From NCBI GenBank assembly GCA_963740355.1, contig CAVUDW010000003.1, positions 416,001 to 480,000 on the forward strand: a DNA stretch of 64,000 bases, in the 5' to 3' direction. Below the pieces are notes generated by a model. It worked only from the letters and a program-made list of their open reading frames with translations, did no database searches and was not told the DNA's origin. This stretch comes from an uncultured Gemmatimonadaceae bacterium (GTDB taxonomy: Bacteria; Gemmatimonadota; Gemmatimonadetes; Gemmatimonadales; Gemmatimonadaceae). Below are positions 1 through 9,961 of this stretch, piece by piece. Each line of letters opens with the position of its first letter. Within the stretch, counting starts at the first letter, position 1. A program made the translations under genes and the position numbers.

Positions 1-51
1 GGGCTGCGTGGAGCGGCACTGGATGCGACGCTGGCGCGGCTGCTCCCGTGA
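1..51 (+). CDS. 3' end of a CDS entering the window (possibly TlpA/thioredoxin-like)
   Basis: Frame 1 reads GLRGAALDATLARLLP* to TGA at 49-51, resembling TlpA-family C-termini; only 16 aa visible. Confidence 0.3.
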   Translation, partial: GLRGAALDATLARLLP

Positions 52-134
52 CGTCGGCGTCGCCGTGCGTGGGTGAGACCGAGCGCATGCTACCGGTGAA
101 GAGCAGCGGCTCACACATCCGAATCGGGAGTGGA

Positions 135-157
135 AATCCGGTGACGCTGCACTCATT
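135..157 (+). repeat. Isolated copy of the AATCCGGTGACAGTGCACTCATT repeat
   Basis: aatccggtgacgctgcactcatt matches the 7320 copy at 21/23 positions. Confidence 0.7.
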
Positions 158-375
158 CGCAGGCACGTGCACTGTCGCCGGCTATTCGTCTTCACCCGAC
201 ACATGAGAACGCCGCCACCGCTCCTGCGTCTCTCCCAGAGGCGGACAACTCGCGCATTCGCCTCCACAGGATCGTTAGAGGCGGCCGTACCATTGCCTGC
301 GTGGTCTAACCCGTACGGCGCGGTTGGCGGCACCTCGGCCGATAGCGAGGACGATGCACCACCCCGGAGACACAG

Positions 376-1386
376 ATGCGCCGATCCTTCCGCACCCTGC
401 TGTTCACGACCCTGCCGCTGGGATTCCCGTGCGTAGCGCACAGCCAACGGCCTGTCGTCGAGAAACCGGTGCGCGAAGCACAGGAGCCGACGGCCGCGCC
501 GACACCGCCGGTGCGCGCCACCGCTCCTGCGACTGTGCGCGCCGCGCTGACGACGGCGCCTGCCCCACCGCCGGTTGCCTTGCCGCCGCTCGTGACCCGC
601 ATCACTGGCATGGAGCTCGTGACGGGTTTCGTCACTGCGGTGCCTGCCAAGATCGTGCACAACGTGACGCGTTGCCCGTTGGGCAAGGTCGTGAGCGGCG
701 GGTACGCGTACGTCGAGTCATCCGGGCCGAGCGCCGGCGTGCGAATCCTTGGCCGGTATCCTTCGGCTGGCGGCTCCACCTACGAGGCCGACGTGCTTGC
801 CGATTTGCTGCAAGCCACGTCCACGCTCCACGTGCAGGCCATCTGCATTCCGCGGCCGGACGGCTATACGGTCACGCAGGTGTCACGCACGATCGCCCCC
901 AGGGAACGGGCGACTATCGACGCGGCCTGTCCAGCGTCGCTGGTGCTGATTGGCGGCGGTGCGTCGACGGAAGAAGGCGTGTACCTCGCCGGTTCATTCC
1001 CGCGCAGTGATGGGCAGGCGTGGTCTGCGTTCGTACGGAGCGATGCAGTAATCGGCGCGAAAACCGTCACCAGCCATGCCATCTGTGCATCGCCGCGTGC
1101 AATACCGGGACGACGTCTCATCTCAACGGCGGGCACCGCGCTCGCAAGCGGCACGGGCCGGTGGCAGGGCCCATTTGCCTGCAGCATGGGGGAGCAGCCG
1201 CTCTCGATCGGCATTGCCAGCAACACAACGCTCATCAACCAGCCGAACCTCAAGCGGGATCCGACGCCGGCACCGACCACGGGCATCCTGTACTGGAATT
1301 CATACATCGAGAACACGGCGCCACGGGGTGACGCGGTCGTGGTCGATGCCCGTCTCGTCGCCATCTGCACGTTGGTCGGGCCGTAA
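376..1386 (+). CDS. Secreted hypothetical protein with Pro/Ala linker and three Cys-containing repeats
   Basis: Signal-like N-terminus; repeats CPLGKVVSGG / CPASLVLIGGG / CSMGEQPLSIG, each closed by an AIC motif. Confidence 0.75.
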   Translation: MRRSFRTLLFTTLPLGFPCVAHSQRPVVEKPVREAQEPTAAPTPPVRATAPATVRAALTTAPAPPPVALPPLVTRITGMELVTGFVTAVPAKIVHNVTRCPLGKVVSGGYAYVESSGPSAGVRILGRYPSAGGSTYEADVLADLLQATSTLHVQAICIPRPDGYTVTQVSRTIAPRERATIDAACPASLVLIGGGASTEEGVYLAGSFPRSDGQAWSAFVRSDAVIGAKTVTSHAICASPRAIPGRRLISTAGTALASGTGRWQGPFACSMGEQPLSIGIASNTTLINQPNLKRDPTPAPTTGILYWNSYIENTAPRGDAVVVDARLVAICTLVGP

Positions 1387-1458
1387 CGTCCGAGCACCCG
1401 GTGACGCGCACCGCCACGTCGAGCAACTCGACCGACGAGCCGCCGACGGGCGCAGCGT

Positions 1459-2193
1459 TCACTGATGGTGCGTACCCGCCAGTGTTCCGTCAGACCAACT
1501 CGCCACGCCGACGAGGAAGACCATCAGCGGCGGCAGGCCTTTCATCTGGGCTGCCGAGTTCGAACCGAAGAACCAATACGGCGCGCCCATCACCGGCGAG
1601 CCTTCCGCGCCGGCACCCCAGTCCTTTGCCTCCATCGCGGCCGTGAAGAACATGACATGCGGCGTGTTGTGCTCACCTTCGTCGGTGAGGTAGGCCGACT
1701 TCGACATCATGTAATCCATCGCGCCAGCCTCGAGCGCCGGTACCTCACCGCGGGCGTACGCCGCCTTGACTGCCGAGAGCATCTCCGCCTTGGAACTGCC
1801 CGCCATCGCCAACCGGCCACGGATGCGGATGATCGGTAGGATGGAGCGCGCGGCTTGAGGGTTCATGCACTCGGCGGCTCTCACCTGTGGATTCCAGAAC
1901 TCGGGCCAGTCGAACGCCGCCATCCAGCTCCTTCCCACCCAGCAAACAAAGCCGTTCGTGCCCTGCACGGCGGTCGCGTAGCCATTCCTTCCCAACACCA
2001 GGATGCTCGCGTCGCGAGAGATTGCGGCGGGTGCCGCACTTCGCGCGAGCACGATCTCGGCCGTCGAGTCCATCTCGTACCGGTCGATCGGCGCCATCTT
2101 CGGATACGGGTCCGTTTGTGCCGCGCCTCTCGTCGCGGCACAAGCCATGGCGATCACCAGCGTGAGCGCGCAGCGTCGTGTGTGGTTGCTCAT
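1459..2193 (-). CDS. Secreted hypothetical protein
   Basis: ATG overlaps the upstream stop (ATGA); signal peptide ending AAQ; protein-like composition. Confidence 0.75.
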   Translation of the reverse strand: MSNHTRRCALTLVIAMACAATRGAAQTDPYPKMAPIDRYEMDSTAEIVLARSAAPAAISRDASILVLGRNGYATAVQGTNGFVCWVGRSWMAAFDWPEFWNPQVRAAECMNPQAARSILPIIRIRGRLAMAGSSKAEMLSAVKAAYARGEVPALEAGAMDYMMSKSAYLTDEGEHNTPHVMFFTAAMEAKDWGAGAEGSPVMGAPYWFFGSNSAAQMKGLPPLMVFLVGVASWSDGTLAGTHHQ

Positions 2194-3017
2194 GCGCTCG
2201 GGTGCTCCGATCCAGCCGGCTGCGGGAAGCACGTATGCATCCACGTTTCCCACTGCGGTATTTCCCGGGCGATGGTCGCTTCCGCGTCATCGCCGTATTC
2301 GTAGAAGGTGAAGCCCGCCATCACCATGTCGCCGAACGAAATGGTGCCGAGCGCGGCGATCCCGGCGCCAGGTGCGTCGAGCCGCAGGAGCGCGCCGAAG
2401 GGCTGGTCGCTCATGTATTCCACGACGCCGCTGAGCATCGGCACACCAGCCGGCGCAGTCCACCGCTCCCCTTCTCGCACGCGGTCGAGTCCGAGCGCGG
2501 TGGTGAGCGTGCTCCACGCCTCCGCAGCCGTTCCGGGCACGGGCGTCATCACCTTGCCGATCGCGGAACGCTGCCCACGAAAGTGCGCGAGATAGAGGCG
2601 CAGGATGCGGATGATTCCGGGCCAGCCTTCTTCGGCGCCGGTCAGCTGTCCGTCCCAGTCGTCCGTGGTTGAAAAGAGGCTCTGCACCACCCGCACAACG
2701 CACACGCCGCCCGCGCGCGCTTCGATGTGGAACTCTGCGGCAATCGGCGGCGAGCCCGGCACCCAGCCTGGCCCCTCTCTGGTGAACAGGTGCGGCGGAT
2801 TCCACGCCGTCACCGAGTGGCGGAATACCATCCCGCCGCCGAAGTCGAGGTTGACTGCGACGGGCTTTCCCCCCGCCTCCTCGAACCTGGCTGGCACGAA
2901 CCAGGCCGACATACCGGGCCCGGTGGCGAGGGCCTGCCAGACGTCATCCGGCGTGCCGGGGAGCTCAATTTCGAAATCGATGAAATGGCGTCCGGACGAA
3001 TCCTTCTTTACGCTCAT
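2190..3017 (-). CDS. SRPBCC/AHSA1 (START-like) domain protein
   Basis: EIELPGTPDDVWQALATGPGMSAWF motif; coupled to the upstream regulator. Confidence 0.85.
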   Translation of the reverse strand: MSVKKDSSGRHFIDFEIELPGTPDDVWQALATGPGMSAWFVPARFEEAGGKPVAVNLDFGGGMVFRHSVTAWNPPHLFTREGPGWVPGSPPIAAEFHIEARAGGVCVVRVVQSLFSTTDDWDGQLTGAEEGWPGIIRILRLYLAHFRGQRSAIGKVMTPVPGTAAEAWSTLTTALGLDRVREGERWTAPAGVPMLSGVVEYMSDQPFGALLRLDAPGAGIAALGTISFGDMVMAGFTFYEYGDDAEATIAREIPQWETWMHTCFPQPAGSEHPSA

Positions 3018-3616
3018 TGTAGCTCCATTGGCTTGGCCTGTTGTGGGAGGGGGTGTGCGACGACGACCAGGCGATGTGCGCGGCCTCCGATGGCGGATGG
3101 ATCGTGGTACTTCGCGACGAGCGTGGCGATGGCGTCGGTGAGTTCATGGCTGAACGCCGCGCGCTCCGCTGGCGAGCGAAAGCGGACTTCCGTATCCACC
3201 GCGAGGGTGGCGAGGCGCTTGCCGGAGTCGTCGGCGCGACGCACGAGGTTGCCGAGTTCGCGCACGAGTCGCGCGCCGAGCGCGATGAGGTAGCTCGCCG
3301 ACAGTCGATCCACCTCGCGATCCGGATCGACGGCTGCGCGTCCCATGGCGCTCGGCGACACGACATAAGACGCGGCCGACGCGACGAGCAGTCGCTCCGT
3401 GAGCCCGCCCCACTTCCGTTCCTCGGCGAGTCGTACGAGGCCGTGCGCCTCGAGCGCGTTCAGGTGGTAGTTGACCTTCTGCCGTGTCAGGCCGACTCGC
3501 GTGGCGAGCGTCGCCGCGGAGGCGGGGACAGCCAGCTCGGCGAGGAGTCGGCTTCGCATAGGGTCGAGGGCGACCGTGGCGGCCGAGGGATCGTCGATGA
3601 CCTGGATATCGCGCAT
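3014..3616 (-). CDS. ArsR-like winged-helix transcriptional regulator
   Basis: ALDPMRSRLLAELAVPASAATLATRVGLTRQKVNYHLNALEAHGLV HTH. Confidence 0.9.
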   Translation of the reverse strand: MRDIQVIDDPSAATVALDPMRSRLLAELAVPASAATLATRVGLTRQKVNYHLNALEAHGLVRLAEERKWGGLTERLLVASAASYVVSPSAMGRAAVDPDREVDRLSASYLIALGARLVRELGNLVRRADDSGKRLATLAVDTEVRFRSPAERAAFSHELTDAIATLVAKYHDPSAIGGRAHRLVVVAHPLPQQAKPMELQ

Positions 3617-3625
3617 GGCCAGATG

Positions 3626-4060
3626 CTAGCCTTGACAACTTTTCTTGTCAAGGGCAGTTACGGGCGGTTTCGACAGCACCAACGCTGTCCATACGGTCGA
3701 GCGATGGTGTGACCAACCCTGTGCAGCTGCCACCAGGTGCGAAGCGCGGATCGGCTTCGTGAAGAACACGGTGTGGTCGAGCATCTCGCCACTCCAGTCA
3801 CGGGCGATCGCAGGATCCACGCTCAGCGCAACGACGGGCAATCGGCCGTCAATGGCGCGAATCGCCTATGCGAGACACTTGCCGTCGAAGTCCAGGAGAT
3901 CGAGATCAGTCACCAACACGGAAATCCGTCGACCCGCGCCTCTTTCCGTCCGGAAGCTCGCAAGGGCCTCGGCCGACGTCCCCGCCGTCAGCGCGCGCCA
4001 TCCGTCTCGTTCAAACGCGCGAGCGGCCCACGCGAGAATCGTTGGAGACAGTGTCGGCAG
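3626..4060 (-). pseudogene. Degenerate response-regulator receiver domain
   Basis: VLVTDLDLLDFDGKCLA*AIRAIDGRLPVVALS...FFTKPI; in-frame TAG at 3866-3868; no acidic N-terminal motif or clear start. Confidence 0.65.
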
Positions 4061-4103
4061 CGCGCCGACGCTGTGCACCTCCCCGTCGCACTTACTAACG
4101 ACC

Positions 4104-7099
4104 CTACGCCGCCGGCTGAATCGCCGCGACGAGCTGGTGGACACGCAGGACCAGTTCACTTGTCGCGAACGGCTTTGCCACAAACAGGCGAGGCGTCGTC
4201 GTCGGCCAGTCGTCGGGCAAGGCCACATCCAGCTGGCCTGACATGAACAGCACCGGCACGTCGATCCGCTCCTGCTGGAGGGCATCAACGAGTTCGATCC
4301 CGCTCATACCGGGCATCCGTACGTCGGTCACGACCGCCTGCACACCGTGTCCGGCGGCGCGCAACAGCGCGAGCGCCGCAGGGCCTCCATCCGCAACCAG
4401 CACGGTGAAGCCGGCGCGCGTGAGCACTTGCGCCACGATCTTGCGGACGATGTCTTCGTCGTCCACCACCAACACACGGATGTGTCTTGCGGCGTCCTCG
4501 GGTTGGGCACCCTTCGGGATCTCCGCCGAGCTCAGAACATCCGGTGACTGGGGAACCGCAACCTGTGTCAACGGCGTCAACGAGACGGTGCGCGCGGTCT
4601 CGACCGCGGCCAGTAGATCGTGAAGATGGACCCCACGCCGACCGTGCTGGAAACACGCACCGAACCGCGCGCCTGCTGCACGATCCCGAGCAGGGTGGCC
4701 AGACCGAGCCCAGTGCCTTTTCCCTGCGCCTTGGTCGTGAAGAACGGATCGAACAGTTTTGTCAGGACCTCGTCGGTCATTCCTGTGCCCGCGTCGCGCA
4801 CAGACAGTGTGACGTACGATCCCGCCTCCAACACGCCGTGCGGATGGTGGACCGCTTCGTCGAGCGTCGCGACGTCGCACTCGACGCGCACGGTGCCGCC
4901 ATGCGGCATCGCATCACGCGCATTGACGATGAGGTTGTACACGACCTGCTCGATCTGCGCCGCTTCCGCCTCGACCAGCGCGACGTTCGCGGCCTCTGCG
5001 CATGTCAGTTCGACCGTCACGTCGGTCCCGGCGAGGCGACTGAGCAGGGGATAGGTGCGACGAAGCAACGCCGGGATGTGGAGTCGTTCCGGTACGCTGT
5101 GCTGACGGCGCGCGAACGTCAGCAGTTGCGCGGTCAGGTTCGCGGCGCGCTCCGTGGCCAGACCGATGTCGTCGAGCATGCCAGCACGGTCTCGATCCCC
5201 CGCCACCCGCTCGCGCAGGATCTCGCTCGAACTTTGAATGACCGTCAGCAGACTTGTTGAAGTCGTGCGCGACGCCGCTCGCCATCCGGCCGAGCGCATC
5301 CATTTTCTGGGCATGACGCAGCTGCTCCTCGAGGGCGCGGCGCTCCGTCACGTCACGGGCAGCGACCTGATAGCCAATCACGGTACCATCGTCGTCCAGC
5401 ACCTGCGTCGATTTCGCCTCCAGCCAGACGTAGTGCCCAGCCTTGTGACGCACGCGTGCCAGGGTATGCGCCGCGCCAGTACCTGCGAGCAACGTCGGCA
5501 GGTGGTCGACGCTTTCCGGGTGCCTAAACTCGCTGGCCAACCTGCCCTCCATCTCCGCTGGGGTCCAGCCAAGGACCGCTTCGTGCGACGGGCTGACGTA
5601 TTCCAGCACGTGAGTCGTCGACCTCCGCGTGATCAGGTCGGCGCTGTGCTCTGCCAGCATGCGATACCGTCGCTCGCTCTCCGCCAGTCGGTCAGCCGAC
5701 AGCCGTGACGCGGTGATGTCAGCGAAGGTGGTCTCAACCGCATAGGGAGTGGTCTCATCCGCATGGATGAGCGGCATGGAGGTCGCGAGCACCCAAACGC
5801 GATCAGCGGTCGGGCGCTCGATGCCCATGACACGCGTCGCGGCTGCGCCGCTGCGGAGTGCCTGCACCGAGGGGTGATCATCGGCGGTCAGCGACGTGCC
5901 GGCTTCGTCAATGATTCGCCACATCGGGTCGTATGAGGTGCGGCCGGCGAGCTGGTCACCCGTCAGGCCCAGAATCCGCTCGGCTGCGGGATCCACACCA
6001 GGATCTGCTGATCGCGATCCTGCAGCACCACGCCTTCGGCCATCGCATCCAGCAGCGCCCGGAAGCGCCCTTCACTGGCCGCGTACGCGTGCTCCACGGC
6101 CAAACGCGCCGTCAGATCGCGCACGACAATCTCGCTGGCCGGTTGTGCGTCGTACGTCACGTGCGCCGCGCGCACCTCGACGTGAACGATGGCGTCGTCG
6201 TGGCGGACCAGGCGGCGCCGCGTGGGACTGAGAGTCAGCCCCGCTACATCCCGCGACCGGAAGCGCGCGCCGGCCTCTGGCTGTTCCTCAGGATGCAGGA
6301 ACGTGAGCAGGGATCGCCCGATGATGTCAGTACCCTGCGCGAATCCCAGGAGGGCCGCGGCTGCCGTGTTGGCGTACACGATCTGTTCGCCAACGCGCAC
6401 GACCACGCCGTCCGGGTTGTCCTCCGCGAGTGCGTGCCGCTGCGCGCTGAGCGTGGTGATGGTGCGCATTTCATGTCGCGTCGAACCGACGGCCCAGAAG
6501 CCGATCACCACGGCGATCAGCAGCGCGGCGAGCAGGGCGAGAATGCGCACGGTGCTTGACCGGTCCTGTGTGGCCGTCCGTTGCGCGAGGAGGGTGCGTT
6601 CCGTGTATTCAAGCGAGTCGAGCAAGGCCATCACGGCGCGGCGATGCGCGACCACGCCGGTGGTCGCGAAGGCTGCGCTCGCAGCATCCGGCGCCACGCG
6701 ACGTGCCTGCAGGATTTCCGCGCGAGCGCTATCGAGTCCGCGCAATCGCACCGCGGCACCACGGAGACGTGCCGCTTGCTGTTCGTTGTCACCGGTGAGC
6801 TGCGTGAGCTGAGTCAACCCGTTGTGCGCGTCTGCTTCGTTGCGCCGGAAGAGCGCGAGCGCCTCGGTATCCAGCGTGACGAGATACGCGTTCAGATTGC
6901 CTTGGGACGATGCGACAGCCGTCCGCACCGCCAAAACATGCTCGAGGACTTCGTGCGTATGTTCGACGAGGCGCGTGGCAGCCCGCTCGCTGCGCGTCCC
7001 CCACCACCCGACGGCCGCCGAGACCGCCAGCAACGTACCCATGCCGGCGAGGGCAAGCGACGTGCGACGCAACAGGCGTGACGGGGCCATCAGTGGCAC
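4104..7099 (-). CDS. Hybrid sensor kinase (CHASE3-PAS-PAS-PAS-HisKA-HATPase-REC), split by three frameshifts
   Basis: Pieces 5963-7099, 4914-5996, 4577-5314 and 4104-~4600; motifs GVAHDFN, NLIVNARDAM, DAGTGM, FFTTK..GKGTGLGL, VLVVDDE; single-base indels near 5995, 5255 and 4605. Confidence 0.85.
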
Positions 7100-7237
7100 G
7101 AGACCATCTCAGCGAATGGGTAAACACCGGTGGGCGAGGCACCGGTTGCGGTTCTCCTCACGCCCACTCGCGAATTCGTCCGACCGAACAGGCCCGTCTG
7201 GTAGTCTTGGCGGCGCTACCAAGCAACATATCCTCGG

Positions 7238-7395
7238 AATCCGGTGACAGTGCACACATTGCGGAGATATGCTGTTTCGGTGACACTTGCCCACCGAGAG
7301 CCGCGGACCAATTCCAAAAAATCCGGTGACAGTGCACTCATTGCGGAGATATGCTGTTTCGGTGACACGTGCCTACCGAGAGCCGCGGACCAATT
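7238..7395 (+). repeat. Tandem direct repeat, 2 x 76 bp, period 82 bp
   Basis: 7238-7313 vs 7320-7395, three mismatches; each unit begins aatccggtgacagtgcac. Confidence 0.95.
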
Positions 7396-7444
7396 TCGCT
7401 CGGGCAGCCGACGACGAGCCTGTGTGTCGCGAGCGGCCCGAGTG

Positions 7445-8170
7445 TCACCGCATGGCGCCGTGCCCATCAACAAATGGCAATGAGTGCACTGTCACCGGAT
7501 TCCCCGGGACCTGGCTGATGCCGGCGGCCAGCCACGCCTTCACGATGGAGAGGCTCTCCGCGCTCATGCCATGCCCCATCGCCAACTCGTGGTAGGTGAG
7601 TGCAACCGGGAATCGGCTCACCTCATCGCGCGCCCACCGTGCCAGGTGCACGCCCAGCTTGTCATCCGCCGACCCGTGGACGATGAGTAGTGGCTTCCCC
7701 CGCAATGCATCCGAGGCGGCCGCATGCGGCAAGACCTCTGGCAGCAGTCGCCCGCTCATCACTACCGCGCCAGCAACCTTCTCAGGCGCCGTGAGCAGCG
7801 TGGCCAACGCCATGATGCCGCCCTGGCTGAAGCCCGCGAGGAAGACGCGCGCCGGATCCGCATCGTACGTCGCCACGGCCTCGTCGATGAACTGCGCCAG
7901 ATACCGCCACCCCGCTTCCGCTTCGGCCGCCACGATCACCGGTCCCTGCGCCGTGAAGCTGACGTGAAACCACCCGTAAGCATTGGGCCCGAGTACGAGT
8001 GGTGACCGCACGCTGACGACGATGAATCGGCCGTCGAACTCGGGCGCGAGTTGCGCCATTTGCGCTTCGTTCGCACCAACACCGTGCAGAAGGATCAGCA
8101 ACGGCGGACGCTCGCCCTGTGCCAGTGCACCAGGCTCCGGCGCACGCGTGGTGTGGATCAATGTCGTCAT
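7445..8170 (-). CDS. Phospholipase/carboxylesterase (alpha/beta hydrolase)
   Basis: LLHGVGAN, GFSQGG nucleophile elbow, HGSADD, MGH. Confidence 0.9.
   Translation of the reverse strand: MTTLIHTTRAPEPGALAQGERPPLLILLHGVGANEAQMAQLAPEFDGRFIVVSVRSPLVLGPNAYGWFHVSFTAQGPVIVAAEAEAGWRYLAQFIDEAVATYDADPARVFLAGFSQGGIMALATLLTAPEKVAGAVVMSGRLLPEVLPHAAASDALRGKPLLIVHGSADDKLGVHLARWARDEVSRFPVALTYHELAMGHGMSAESLSIVKAWLAAGISQVPGNPVTVHSLPFVDGHGAMR
7477..7501 (-). repeat. Inverted copy of the repeat head
   Basis: Reverse complement aatccggtgacagtgcactcattgc is identical to 7320-7344. Confidence 0.9.
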
Positions 8171-8283
8171 ATCGATGTCACGCTGAGGATGATGCGCGTT
8201 TTGCGATGCGGCGTGCGCATCGCGACGCGCGCGCACACCGGCGGGACAGATGCCGCGTCGGTGTGCACCGGAATCCGTTCAAT

Positions 8284-8650
8284 TCACTTCGCGAGGCCGA
8301 GCTGCTTCATGAACTCACCGCTGTCCCAGAACAGCCGCTCGTGATCCATCGTCCCGTTGGTCCAGTGTGCGATGGTCGCCATCGGCAGGGCAAATCGATT
8401 GCCGGTCGGCTGAATGAACTTGCCCTCACCGATGGGCATGGGCCGTGAGAAGGTGCCGGTCATCACACCCGTCACTGACGTCCACTCACCCGATCCGAAG
8501 CGGATCGGATGCACCTTGATCTCGATGTCCGGTGCGTACACGAACATCGCCTTGAGATCGTCGATGTGCCGATCGATCCCTCGCGTCTCATGTCCATCGG
8601 GCCATGTGACGATGATGTCCTTGCCGTGACTTCCATGCAGGCGATCCCAG
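8284..8650 (-). pseudogene. SnoaL-like ester cyclase, 5'-truncated
   Basis: WDRLHGSHGKDIIVTWPDGHETRGIDRHIDDLKAMF...LFWDSGEFMKQLGLAK; no start codon, and a pentamer repeat sits where the N-terminus should be. Confidence 0.7.
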
Positions 8651-8684
8651 CGTGTCGTGTCGTGTCGTGCGTGTCGTGTCGTGC
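8651..8684. repeat. (CGTGT)n microsatellite
   Basis: cgtgtcgtgtcgtgtcgtgcgtgtcgtgtcgtgc. Confidence 0.9.
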
Positions 8685-8698
8685 GGTGTTGTTCGTGC

Positions 8699-9172
8699 TC
8701 AGGCGGCTTGCCGCACGGCGTGCGCAGCCGCGTCGTGCGCGGCCGGATTTGCACGACGCGCAGCGACCAGCGCATCCAGCGAGAAGCGCCCGGCGCCCGT
8801 GACAGCGAGTGCCGCCGTCGATGCCAGCAGGACCAGCGGGAACTCGATGCCGGTCGGCGCGAAGAAGCCGCCAGCGAGGTGCACGAAGCCGATGGCGCCC
8901 AGAATCGTGACCGCGAGGCCGACGCCCGCGATGCGAGTGAGCAGGCCGGCGATGAGTGCCAGGCCGCCGAGCAGTTCCACCGCGCCGGTGAGCGGTCCCG
9001 CGATGTGTGGGAGCGGCACACCCATCTGTCCGAAGGCGCCGGTCACGCCGGGGATGCCGTAGATGAACAGCTTCTGGAAACCGTGCGCGGCGAAGACGGC
9101 ACCCGCGCCAGCGCGGACGATGGCGAGGCCGATGTCAGCGCGCAGTGTCTGGGATGTGGAATTGGTGTGCAT
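8699..9172 (-). CDS. DoxX family membrane protein
   Basis: VFAAHGFQKLF...VELLGGLALIAGLLTR...GIEFPLVL...GAGRFSLD. Confidence 0.92.
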   Translation of the reverse strand: MHTNSTSQTLRADIGLAIVRAGAGAVFAAHGFQKLFIYGIPGVTGAFGQMGVPLPHIAGPLTGAVELLGGLALIAGLLTRIAGVGLAVTILGAIGFVHLAGGFFAPTGIEFPLVLLASTAALAVTGAGRFSLDALVAARRANPAAHDAAAHAVRQAA

Positions 9173-9226
9173 GTGATGCTCCGGAGAATGAAGAGGGCGG
9201 ACGAACGGAAGGAAGTTTTAACGCTC

Positions 9227-9240
9227 GGTGTTGTAACACC
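9227..9240. promoter_or_regulatory. Putative MarR operator upstream of doxX
   Basis: Inverted repeat GGTGTT-GT-AACACC; related GGAGTTGAAACACT at 9734-9747 upstream of marR. Confidence 0.6.
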
Positions 9241-9256
9241 TACCAACGCAAATGAA

Positions 9257-9721
9257 TCAGGGTCGATCCCGTGCCTGACTGAGCAGCTCGACCAGCGTGC
9301 GGAGCTGTGACGCGCTCAGGTGGGCGAACTGTCGCGCATGCACCTGCGCGACCTCCGCGTCGAGCGCGGAGACCAGCCGCATGCCAGCCTCGGTGAGCGT
9401 CGTGTTCACCAGGCGTCGGTCCGTCGTGCTGCGCACCCGACGGATCAGGCCCAACGCTTCCATGCGGTCCAGCAGGCGGGAGGCATCAGGCATGCGCGTG
9501 ATGAGTCGGTCACGGATCTCGTTTCGGCAGAGCCCGTTGTCCCCCGCCCCACGCAGCACCCGCAGGACGTTGTACTGGTTCAGCGAGAGCTCGTGCGGAG
9601 CCAGCACGGGGTCGAGCTCGCCCTGTAACACGGCGGCCGTTCGCGCCACGCTCAGAAACGCCTCCTGCTGGAGACTGTCGAAGGGTTTCCCCTGCCGCAG
9701 ATCGGTGCTGAGCGATGGCAT
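9257..9721 (-). CDS. MarR family transcriptional regulator
   Basis: LSLNQYNVLRVLRGA...PDASRLLDRMEALGLIRRVRSTTDRR..LTEAG. Confidence 0.92.
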   Translation of the reverse strand: MPSLSTDLRQGKPFDSLQQEAFLSVARTAAVLQGELDPVLAPHELSLNQYNVLRVLRGAGDNGLCRNEIRDRLITRMPDASRLLDRMEALGLIRRVRSTTDRRLVNTTLTEAGMRLVSALDAEVAQVHARQFAHLSASQLRTLVELLSQARDRP

Positions 9722-9789
9722 GACCCAATTATAGGAGTTGAAACACTGAATGTCAAGACTCCCACAACTGGGGCGCGCGCGTACGGGCG

Positions 9790-9960
9790 CGCGTTGTCCC
9801 ACGGCGATTGGTTGGGCGAATCCCGCACCAGGTTCATACAGCACCACGGCGCCGCGGAACGCCGAGTCCATGGCGTAACGGCCCACGATGGCACCGCCAT
9901 ATGAGTGCCCGAAGAGATCCAGCGGCACACCGACCTGCCGTGCGCGGTTCAGGCGACGCG
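9790..9960 (-). pseudogene. Alpha/beta hydrolase internal remnant
   Basis: PLDLFGHSYGGAIV...VVLYEP, in frame upstream of marR, lacking both termini. Confidence 0.55.
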
Positions 9961-9961
9961 A

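Noticed and set aside
3866..3868. Stop-codon recoding (TAG here, TGA at 32150)
   Set aside because: Both stops lie in otherwise truncated genes, and TAG and TGA terminate normal genes elsewhere in the window.
7238..7501. CRISPR array
   Set aside because: The inter-repeat sequence is itself repeated, one copy is inverted, and no cas genes are present.
9721..9928. Hydrolase-MarR fusion protein
   Set aside because: The extension crosses the AT-rich promoter/operator of marR and contains only a fragment of a hydrolase fold.
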